DNA of 64,000 nt from assembly GCF_036321535.1 (NCBI RefSeq), contig NC_087436.1, positions 22,198,001 to 22,262,000 on the forward strand, in the 5' to 3' direction. The stretch is from Camelus dromedarius. Lineage: Eukaryota. Of the stretch, positions 12,331 through 24,300 are shown one piece after another. The translations under genes and the position numbers were made by a program. The notes under the pieces were generated by a model. The model was not told where the DNA came from. It worked only from the letters and a program-made list of their open reading frames with translations, and ran no database searches. Position 1 is the stretch's first letter. Every line of letters starts with the position of its first letter.

Positions 12331-15300
12331 GTAAGATCCAAATCATCACTACAGTGGGGGAAATTCCCAAATTCCCACTGGTGCTGCTTTCCGCATACAT
12401 TGCCTTTCATAGCATCTGGAAATGTAAAATAGACGAGGTTAAAAAGTAAGCTTCAAAGTACTGCCACAGGATCAAAATGAACTGGCCTCATCCTCTTTTC
12501 AAATCTTACTGAGCATTATTTTTTTTTTTCCTGGTAGGAAATGAAACCTATTATTGGTTTGGGTATATTTTCTCTTTTCCTTGGTATCTTTCGTTTTCTT
12601 TGGTTCATGGTCTTATTAACTGAATTAAATTAGATTTTGAAAATTATTTTCCTCTGGTGATCACCTAATTTTTATGCATATGAAGCTATACATTTGGGTA
12701 GGAATGTCACTTCATATGAAATCAGAACTTTGATATGGATTCTCATCAGGGGCACGGGGTAATTCCCCGGCCTCATTTTGCTTTCTACAACATTATCTAC
12801 TGGGAGAAGTTTCTAAAAATTTCCCAAAGTATCAGTTATTGTTTGAAAGGCAGTGGGATCTCAGCCTTAATTTTTCCAAAAGGGACTTGCACTTGTATAT
12901 GGTAAGAGGAAGGGTAGTCTGGCATGAGGTAAATATTCAACATCAACTTCCATAACTAATGAGGGCATCTGAATGGTCTGAATAGAGCCAATATAAAAAA
13001 GGACAAGTGGCAGTTTGATTTGAAACATAAAATCAGCTGTCCTGGAGTCCATTTCTAGTACACTCATTCTTAACCTCTGCACTCCGAGGACATTTGCAAC
13101 TTATTATTGGATACAGCCAATAATATGCCCTTGAAGAAACTGACCAAAGGAAATTCTCATGGTATCATGTTAGAATAAAATAACAGTGTAGTTATTGCAT
13201 CCCTGAAGAACAGATTCATAGAAACCTGAACACTGTATGTGTATATATATTTGACTCAGATATGTTAGTTTATAATAATAATACCTTGCATTTATTTAAC
13301 ATTTTAGTTAAGTCTACATTATCATATGTTTTTCTCATGGGATGTAACTAATATCTATTTTCAGAAAAAAAAAAAAACCTAGTATGTATTCAGAAAGGTG
13401 ATGTGAGTTGTCTAATAAACTAAAAAGTGAGAAATTAGAACCCAAGACTTCCTGTTCAAAATGCAGTCTTCCTTCCGGGCCAGAACAGGTGCTTCATCAA
13501 GAAAAGGAAGGAAAAAACTAGCCCAAATTTTACACCTACTACTTTGTCAAATATTTTGCCAGGGACTTGAGGGATTTACGGTTAGAACATTGAATCTTCA
13601 CATTTTGGGTATATATTATCTCCATTTCACAAAGGAAAAGATTGAAGGTCAGAGGAGTTTAAAAAATATGCAAAATCATGTAGCTAGAGTCAGACCCAGG
13701 ATTCAAACAAAACTGGGTTCAACCCCAGGTCTGGTTGGCCGTGGAATGGAAGCCCTTTCTGGTATCTTCTATGTCGTATATGTGTTTTGAGATTTCCTTT
13801 TTTTTTTTTTTTTATTAGAAAAGAATTTGTTAAACAGATTCCTCAGCAATACTTAAATATTCTAATAGTCAGTAAATATGTCTTAATAGTCAATGAATAT
13901 GTTATGGCTAAGAAAAAGGAAAAGAAGAGGAGAGTGTTGCATGCAGTAAAATAATAGAATTTATTCTTCGTTCATTTCTTTTTTAGATTTTCAGATGAGG
14001 TGAGGTTTTCCTGGGTTTACCTAAGCAGAAAATTTTAGCAGCTAGCACATCACTGCAGTGATTACAGAACAGTATTTTTATTCTTCCTGTTCCCTGGGCA
14101 GGGATCTGTCATTTCATACATCATTTACAACTCGCTGCAGTGATTTGGTGGGGGGTGGGGTGGGGGGAGGTTTTTTCTTCTCCATTAATTCAGCATTGCT
14201 CCAACTTTTTTTCCCTATTTTTTTTACTGAGTAGACAAGCTTTGTCTACTAATAAATCTGTCAGACCTTGAAATCAGGAGAATTTTTAATGTCAAGTTTG
14301 CAAGCCATGCATTCCTTTAAGAATTCATGCCTGGAATTTCAAAGAAGTATCTAAGTTAACAAAGTTTTGCATAGTCAACGAAGACAGTTACTGGCTTGTG
14401 GTTTAAAATAAAGTCTGATCCATGAATCTAGCATAAAATATAAATCATTTTGTGGCATCTTAAATTTTAGTATCATTTAATATGAGCAAGATTTAACTTA
14501 AAACATTTTGTTTTTAAGACCTGGGATTTGCACGCTGGATTAGAGAATAAATCTCTTCATTGATAGTCCCCTTGTTTCTTTCATTGACTCTGAACTGGCA
14601 TGTTTGGAAAATAAGTTCTGGAGTTGTCTTCTTAGGAACTTATGCATATAGTATATTCAGTACATAAAAGGGACATAAGTGCAATTTTACAAGAATAAAA
14701 ATTGTCTACAAAGTTTTCATGTCCTAATGTGCACAAACTCAATTAAATTGTTCTAATGTTTTAATTCTTAGTGTATCTTCTGATGGATAACTGGATTTGT
14801 TTGCTGCATATTAGTTTATGAAAATATTAAGAGATTATTTCATGTTGTGATGTAGGGTATAACAAAAGGCAAACTCTGACTTTGTATGAATAATCTCAGC
14901 ATAGAAGACAAAGCATAAGCCAAATTGTTAACATAAGATATGAAAGGCTAATAATAGAGTGGGATGAAAATGCATTTTCCTTTTCCCTAGACTAAAAATA
15001 CGCAATGCTATGGCCAAAAAAAACAAGACGGAGGGAGAGAGAGAAAAGTAGTGTAAAGAAATTCAAAATGAAAAAATAAGGACCTCATTGTAGGCATGTG
15101 TCTCATAGCTCAGATATATGTGTGACATTAGCTTCAAATGCCCACCATAGTCTGCATTCCATAGAGACTGATCGATCTTGCTAAGAAAGTCATTATTGTG
15201 CTGTTCATCACAGAGCAATATTGAGCATCTAATTACGTGTGATATTGTACTCAGTGCTATATGACAAATACCTCACAGACATGGTCCTTAACTTTTACAG

Positions 15301-18300
15301 TCTAAGGATTTAAAAGAATGGGGTATTTCGCAAAATGGTAACTGTGAAATGGTAAACAACAACAAAAATAAGATTTTGTCACCAATATTAGAGGCTATGC
15401 TCACAATATGTTTGAGAAAATCTCACACCTTTCAATTCCTACTATCTTTTCAACCTTGACGTAGTAGACCAAAGCCCTCTGTTGTGGTCAAAGAAAGAGA
15501 AGATCACTTCATTCTAAAACTTAACTTAGATGTTCTGTTTTTCTTACTAACAAAGCCAGAAAGTCAATGTGCTAAGGAGTTGAAGATACACATAATTTAT
15601 AGAGCACTGATTATGTTCATTACTTAGGTACTGAGAAGGAATTTCTTACTGTTTATTCACCTCACCCATTCTATCTCAGTCCCAAACTAAAGAGAAGATC
15701 TCAATGAGTAGAGGTTTTCTGTATTTTACAGTCTGTGAAAGTATATATACAAACACATGCATACATACTATATTCTAAAAGAACTTGAAAATAACTAGTA
15801 TCAGTAAAGGTGAAATTTCAGGATTAGAATTTATATTTCTTCTTTTCATAGTCTCCTTCAGATGGTAGATATTTAAAATGTGAAATAAGTAATAGTGTAT
15901 AAAAACAAAACTTCTATTTATTAGAATATTGAAAAATAGGGAAAATAAAGATAAGAAAATAAAATACTATTAAGATTGATACTTGTACGTAAAATACATG
16001 GAATTAGAACTTCTGTTTCTTCCATGATAGAGTAACATGGATCCTTTAACGTTAAACAACAAGAAAACTGGAAGAAATGTATGAAATAGTGGTTTTTAGG
16101 TGTGGGAAAATAGGCAGCACAAGAAGATAAAGTATGCGATCTTTCTGACCGCCTAGCATCTTCCTGGAGGCAGTGCCCAGGCTGTAGCACAAGGGAGGGG
16201 AAGCCAAACAGTAACTTCTCAAGTTGAGGAGGCAGAGATTAGAGTTTGGGAAAACCAAGATGGCTAAAATTTGCAGAACAGCATACCAAAAGGAGGGAAC
16301 TGCTCACAGGAGATCTGTGAATGAGTGCTTTTCTGAAAAAAAACAAAAAAAAAACAACAAGCAGACCCACAGGTATAGAGAACAAACTAGTGGTTACCAG
16401 TAGGGGGGAAGGGATAATATAGGGGTGGGACAGCGGGAGGTACAAACTGTTGGATGTAGGACAGGCTCAAGGATGTATTGAGCCAATATGGGGAATAGAG
16501 CCAGTATTTTGTAGTAACTGTAAATGAAAAGTAACCTTTAATAATGCTATTTAAAAAATTAAAAACCCACTTTGGTAGCAATCATAATAAAATAAAAGCT
16601 CTTTACCTGAGTGCTGATTTGTAAATATGTGCAAATAAACTACTGAAATCCAGGGAAATACATATTAGAAATAAGCAGACAAAATAATTCCTGGTGGTCA
16701 TGTAGGACTGGGAATAGTTTACCTTCTCACTGGCAGAGTGCAAAGACTTTGTAATATAGAGGGCATTGCGTAGAGCCTCCAGAAGGGTATGGCCCTCGTA
16801 GTGAGGCTAAGTTTGTCCTAGATTGAAGGCTGCTCTTGATCCACTCTAACAAGGCTGAAAAATAAGGCTTGAAGGAATCTTCCTGAGTCCTTCTGGTGTG
16901 AAGTAACTTAACTTCAAGCCAAAACAAAATCCAACATTATTTAAAAGAATACAGTAAAACCTAGCAACCAAGAATGTAAAATAAAAAATACATGGCATTA
17001 AATAAGCATATACCAAGCATGCAAAGAAGCAGGAAAATGTGACCCATAACCAGAAGAAAAATCAAGCAATAGAAACAGACCCAGAAATGACAGAGATGAT
17101 GTAGTTAGTAGCCTTAGTTGTTAGTAGTTAGTAGTTAAGAAGCTTAACATGGCAATTAAAAACATACTAATATATTTTGGAAAGCCAAGAAACTTATAAA
17201 CAGGGTGGGGAGAAAAATGGAAGATTAAAAACAGGATCCCAGAGAACTCAAAGAAAAGTGAAATATGATTTCTGAAATAAAAATATGCACTGGGTGGAAT
17301 TAGCAGATTGGTCACTTCAAAAGAGTAGATAGTGAATTTGCAAATCTAATACTAGAAACTATTTAAATGAAGCACAATGAGAAAAAGACTGAACAAAATA
17401 AAACAGAGCGCCAGTGACTTCTAGAACAATACCAAGAAATCTGACATGCATGTAATTAGAATCCTAGAATAAAAGAACAGGGGGATGGAAAAATATTTGC
17501 AGAAATGATGGCCAAAATTTTTCAAAATTTGATGAAACTGCAGATCCAGGAAGCAATATGTATTCCAGCAAAGTAAATGTTTTTTAAAAAAGAGAAATAC
17601 ATATATATATATATATATAAAATCATTAAATTGCTGAGAAATAGAGATAAAGAGAAAATTGTAAAACAACCAGGGGAAAAAAAATCACATAATCTGCAGA
17701 GGAACATAGATGAGAATTATAAAAGACTTATTAGACACTACACAAACCAGAAGATAGTAGAGTAACATCTTCAAAGTACTGACATATACCAAAAAGTTAT
17801 AATTCCTTATCTAGAGAAGATGTGCCTCAAAAATGAAAGTGAAATAAAGATCACTTTAGACAAATCCAAACTGAGGATTTTATAGTGGACTTGCACCACA
17901 ACAAAACTTAAAGGAATGTCTACATGCAGAAAGGAATGATACCATGGAAAATTTGGATCTACACCAACGAAATAAGAGTACCAAAGATGGTAAGTATGTG
18001 GACAGAATTTAAAAATCAAATGTTTAATTTACTCATGCATATTTACCCTTTAAACAAAAATAATACCAATTCATTGCAGAGTTTGTAACATATTATGTAA
18101 ACACAGATCTATAGATCAATGGAATAGAATAGAGAATCTAGAAATAGACCCATACATATGTGTCTAAATAAATTTAGACAAAAGTGCAAAGAAAACTCAT
18201 TGGGGAAAGGATATCTTTCTAACATATGATGCAGGAACAACTGGATATCCATATGCAAAGTAAACCTTTCTTAAAACTTAATATATAAGCTAAAAGAAGA

Positions 18301-21300
18301 AAGCAAAAAATAAAAATTAACTTTTAGAAGACAACATAGAAAATTTTTGTCATTTTGGGTTAGACAAATATTTCTTTGATAGAACTCAGAAGGCATGGAC
18401 CAAAAAAAAAGGAAAAGAAAGACAGACAGAAAGAAAGAAAGAAAGAAAAAACAAATTATATATGACTTCTTCAACATTAAAAACTTTCATTAAGATTTTC
18501 AGAAGACACTATTAAAGAAAACGAAAAGGCAATCATAGACCAGGAGAAAATATTTGTGAACTAGATATCTGACAAAGGACTTGTATCAGAATATATATTC
18601 TTACAACTTAATGATGAAACAAACTCGATTAAAATGAGCAAAAGAATTGAAAAGACATTTTGCTAAAAATGATGGATGGCAATTAAGCCCATGGAAAGAT
18701 ACTCATCACCATTTGTTATTGGGGAAATGCAAATTTAAACTAACATGAGGTACCATCAATCACCCACTAAAACAGCTAAAAGCAAAAGGGCTGAGCACAG
18801 AAGAGTTAGCCAGGATAAGGAAAAACTGGCGCTTTCATCCATCATTGATGGGTACACAGTTGTTTGCACAGTTTGGAAAACAGTTCAACAATGTCTCTTA
18901 AAGCTTAAAAAAAAAAAAAATGATCTAGTTGTCTCACGCCTAGTTTTTACCCTGAGAGAAGGTGGATTCTGTAGGTACTGAGAAGGCTGCTGAGCGAGGA
19001 AGACCAGGAGGTGTATTTTGTGAAGATCATCTCAGGAGCAATAGGGAGGCTGAGCTAGGACTGAGGATTTGAACTACTGAGCATCACAAAATGCCAGTAA
19101 TGCTTCTGAGGGAACTTGCTAAAATACAGATTCTGATTCAGTAGTTCTGAGCTGGGATTCAAAAGTCAGCGTCTTAATATTGGTGACCTTGGATAGCATC
19201 CCGAAAAAAGTAACAATTAGTTTAAGGTAAGTCAACCAATAAGAAGACTATGGAAGTATCAACATGGAATGCAGAAAGAATTTTAACTGGGATTTACAAT
19301 GGGAATATAACATAAAGGTCAATCTTTGAAACTGTTGGAAAGGTACAGCTGATAAAACTTGATCACTAACTCAGAAAGTAACTATTACTGAAGATGATCC
19401 AGATGTTAGAACTCTGAGTTGCTGAACAGTAGTGATACCACTCAGATGGAAAACTGGAAGAAACACATTTATTTAAAAAGCTTGAGATCAGGCTGGGACC
19501 TCTAAACTCAGAAGATTTGCAGATGGAAGCACTTGACAATGCTGCTTCAGAGGTAGGCAGAATTCAAGACCTTAGCATAATGAAAAATGATGCTTGAAGT
19601 TATGGCACAGTGAGTTACGTCACCAATGGTAAAAATGTTTTTAAGAAAGTGTTTTAAAATCCTTTAGGGGCCACTCACCACGTTTTGAGTGTGTAGGGGA
19701 TTATGAGTCAACAAAAGAAACTGAAAAGGTCAGTCAAGAAAGAAGCATAAATAGAAGAGTACACTTCACAGTTTGCAGTGAACTCCCATAAGAGTCTCAC
19801 GGAGAAGCACTGTAATTTTGTACAAGCTGAGGAAGTGTGGTTATGTGATTTAGCCAAGGTCAAGTGGATAATTTATATAAGCTGCCTGATGTCAGGTAGC
19901 CCTCCTGGCTGAAAGTTCAATGTTCTTTCCTTTAGGGAATGTTAAACACATATCAATGCACCGATGTCAAGTATAACACTATGGCTCTATGAAATCATTA
20001 GAACATATCAAGTTTAAAAATAAACAGAATTCTTTTTTTTTTTTTTTTTTTGCCATCTACATGACTACTAAAATGATAATTACTTGTTTATGGTATCTCT
20101 ATATGGCAGATAGGACGAGGCATGGCCATGAATTTTTTCAGTGATTCTAAGGAGATTCTGAATAGAATGAGACTTTGCTTAATTTGTTGAGTCCTCTAGT
20201 TTAGAAGAGTGGTTCTGAATGAACATATCCTAACTACTCCTCTGGTATTAATATTCAGGAAACTAGGGATCGTACCCCCAGGAGAAGCAATTTTTAGTAG
20301 TTTTATACTGGCAGATAATTCTGTATGTTCCTTTGAAGAATACTTGTAGGGGAATGTGAATTGGAAAAATGGCAGTAAGGCAAGAAAACTTTTCATTTTT
20401 AAGATAAGATTTCTTTCTCTTTTTAAAATATGGAACAAGTGAAATAGATATAGCTTAGGTTCAGAAGTTAAGCTTTTTTTTTACTTTATTCTTATGCTGG
20501 TATTTTAAATGAATTGTTTTGCCTACCCTTACAGTAACATTTAGACAGCTTTTCTTTTTCATTTATTGTAGTCGACACTAAGGAAAAAAAAAAAGGGAAA
20601 AGGTTTTCAGAACTCTGAGTAAATAGGCAGCTCAGAGTCACTTATTTCCCATGACATTTAACTCCCCTAATATTATCTCAGTAGCAAGAACAGCAACATA
20701 CCAATGTGTCAAATTGAGTGACTACGTTAATCTCTTCAGGCTTGTTTATTTTGATGGTAAAACGTCTAGGTCTGCATTGGTCTACATTTACCAAGTAACA
20801 CTGGTCAAGAAAATTAAGATTTTTTCCAGGTCACATGGATTTTGCCATGGAATAATTTGCATTTTTCTAACAGAATATGATTCTACACGCAGGATCTTGG
20901 TGATCCAGAGAGTTTTCAAGGAGTCAGTTAAAATTTTGAGTGTAGACACAAAGTAGATCAGCTTTTACTGTGTTTATTTAAAATTTTGTGTGTTACGTTC
21001 AGCTATCCTCCAAAAAGTCTAGGTTGTAAAACTGCAAGAATCGATTGTATTATTTCCCATGTCTTTGGTAATAAATCAGCCTACATGAGATTTGAATAAA
21101 TGAAAAGGAAACTCTGTGTGTGCATGCTACGGGAAGAAATGATGGTGATTATAAGAACCATAGGAAATTTCATTGGCTGTGAATAGTATTCAGCTACAGA
21201 GTAATTAGTGAGTGTTGTGGAGAGTGGAGCTGTGGTAGCAGGAATTCAAAGAAGTCAAGCTGTTCTGCTCTAAAAATAAATCAAAAGAACTTATTGAAAC

Positions 21301-24300
21301 TATCAATAGGGAAATAGTTTAGTTAAACTGAATGGAAGCAAATTCACATTTTTAATATGTAATTCACATCGATGGACACATCCATGCTATTTGGAAAATC
21401 ATGTTAACAGCATGTTTCCCCGTTTTGCTGTAAATATACTGACTTGTCTAAGTACCATCTAGCCAGCTTTTTCAGCAGTTCTTTGAATTAAAAATCTACC
21501 TTTTAAATTTTTATTTTCTAATTTATTATAGAATACTTTACATCTTTTTATTCTAATAGATCCTTTTTTATTATATTTCTTATCTACACCTTCAAAGTGC
21601 CTTCAGTGTGACTAAGAGATTAACAGATTAAAAGAGTGTTTAAAATATCCAGTAAAATTGAGCAGTGCAGATAGTTACATCAGCAGTTGTGGGCACAGTC
21701 ACTAGGAGAGCCGGTAGATGATCAGAACACTTGGGGAGCTGGGATTAGAGAAGAAGAGGAAGATGACCAGGAGCATCTAGGCTGATGGTTGTGGTAGAGA
21801 TGTGAGTAAGCAAACTTGTTAGCAAACTTGGTCCCTGTTTCTTTTGCGCTGCCGATCAGCAGTCCACCCTGGACAGGTCACCACGCTTCTGCTTAGTGAT
21901 TTTTTCAATCTGGTTAGTGGAAGAGGTCCACTCAAGTTCTCTTCTAGCTCTAGAACTTCATGGTCTAGTACAAAGCTGTACCCTGCAGATACGATGTAGT
22001 CTTATTAGGCACTTGTTTTGCATGTGGTGTAACTGGTTTTCCATGCTTGCTGACATTCACAGCAGGGAGATTTAGAAACAATTTAGTAGCCATTATTGGG
22101 CGTGGCACTGTTGAATGCATATCGAGAGAGCACACATAAATGATTACCTTGAGTTGCAGCAATAGTGAAGACAGCATTATATCCGAAGTGTCTCAAGAAA
22201 TGGTGTTATTCGAAATAATGCTATGGGTTAAAAGGCCCCTTTCCAACAGATTACAAAATATAAATATGTTAACGATATGGGTCAGTGCTTGAGTTAGTTC
22301 TCTGCTCTTTGACTGAACAGATTGTTAGGCCACGTGCATGTTAAGTGTACTATTATACATAAAATCAATTACTGCACCCTCCAGTACATTATCTGGTGAA
22401 GCCATTAAACATTTCATCAGGAAATTGCAAAGTACAGCTGTAAAAGTTCTTTATTGTTGGGAAGCCTTCATTACAATAGTACTTACTAGATATTTACTAC
22501 CAGCTTGTAAAATCTACCATGGCAAGTTTCACAGTAACCTCGTTAACACTGAACATTACTGAAACCATTTGGTAGAGGAGACAGTTTAGGGGGTAATAAT
22601 AGGAAGTAAAAGCCAAATGTTTTCAGGGGAAAAACTGTCTGTGTCATCTCTCCTGTTGAAATCTGTCCATGATGCTAAAAAGAGAAAAAGCTCTCCTGCC
22701 TCTATTTTTTTTTAAAATATGTCTTTCTTTAGCAATTAATTATGTTTAAAATATAAACTCTACATAGTCTGATCCATTTTCTTTAAAGGTGTGTTTGGAA
22801 TTACTTGAAAGGCACAGCGGGTAGATAGATGGTGTTCAAATGGTAATCCTCAGTGAAATACATCTCAAGACAAGATTTGGAACTGAAAGAGAGGGGGCTG
22901 AGGAGACAGATGGGGTTTACAAGGCATGTAGAACCGCAGCGTTAACTTTAGAATAGGAGACGCAGGCCCTGGCAGCAGCCCCACGCCAAGCTATTGTCCG
23001 TCGATTGACATGAATCATTTTCTCTCTCTGTTGCCGGTGCTTTTTCCACCATCCACACCACTTAAGTGCCAACGGATCTGCAGCTGACCTTTCCATAGCT
23101 CTACGTGGAGATGCCTACCATGCTGTTTCTAATCCTCGCCCGTTGCTTTCCAGACAGAGCATTTTGTACATGCCTTCAAGGATCAACTGGTCAGAAGCGC
23201 TCTTCTAGCGCTTTACACTGCCAGGCCGGGAGGGGTCCTTAAGAAGCCACCGTCTCCTAAGGACGGCACGGAGGAGCACAGTCCCCAGGACCCCCCGCCG
23301 CCGATGAGAAGACAGGACTCCATACCGCATCATTCAGACTATGACGAGGAGGAGTGGGTAAGTCTTTTTTTTTTTTTTTCCCCACATGACTTGCTTCCTG
23401 ATATTAGTTCTGAGAAGTAAACCAAGAATGATAAGAAATCTCTGCTTCTCATCGAAAGAAATCAGAAAGCAGTCATAATACAGATTGTGGGCGAATAGGT
23501 CACATTTTTCCTTAGGGGCAGTTTGTAAGTGGAAGTTTTATTCCTGATCATATTTTATTTGATGTAAAAAATGTAAAAAATGATGCTCCAAGTTCTCTAA
23601 AATTGGAAGAAGAATGACCACATAAAAGCATCTGAAAAAATAACTAGTAAGGACAAATAAACAAAAGAAGGCAACATGGTGGTAGGAACTCTAGGTGGAC
23701 AGACTAAAGCAGGAGAGAACCAAGATGCTGAGTGAGAGGGCAGTGTGTTTTTCCTGCATACATATTAATACATATTAATTATCAACACATTAATTGTTCA
23801 AGAAGCTTTAAAATATATGCACATCACACACAGAGAGAAAGAGACTCTTTACTGTATCGTATGTATAACCAAGAAAATACTGTAGTATCCTAGCTGTATT
23901 AGATATTAAACAGCTAATGATTACTTTTCCTGCCACCTGAAGTGTTTGGGAAGTAATTTATTTGATAGGCCCAGTTGCTCAAAAAATTGCTGTCTGAGGG
24001 ACTCTGACATGATACCTGCTCTTTCTTTTGATAAAATTTCTATCCCAGGGAAGACAGAGCTGGGCTTCAAGAAGTAAATGCTGAATAAGTATTTGCTGTT
24101 GCTGATGAAGATCGCGTTTCTCCCACTGAGTCATTTTCAAAAGAGCAAATCTAATATCTCTCCCTTTCATCTTCAACTTCTTCTTCAATTTATTCACAGC
24201 TCCAAGGCATGCGTGTCTCTTAACCTCTCTGAAGTTCAGTTTTCTCAACTGCAAAATGAAAATAAGAGCCCCTGTTCTGCTTAGCTCTTTGTGTGGTCCT

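Noticed and set aside
12331..12432. Read-through of exon A into the intron as an alternative terminal exon
   Set aside because: A 33-codon open extension is unremarkable, the GTAAGA donor is canonical, and there is no AATAAA close behind the stop.
12780..13160. Possible ancient LINE RT remnant ([14 protein letters not shown] loosely like GVPQGSILSPLLFNL)
   Set aside because: Similarity is too weak to support by eye; it would need an nhmmer/Dfam hit.
21809..23780. Small 9-12 bp tandem duplications (agcaaacttgtt ~21809, atgtaaaaa ~23562, atacatatta ~23758)
   Set aside because: Ordinary slippage products at background frequency in AT-rich intron.
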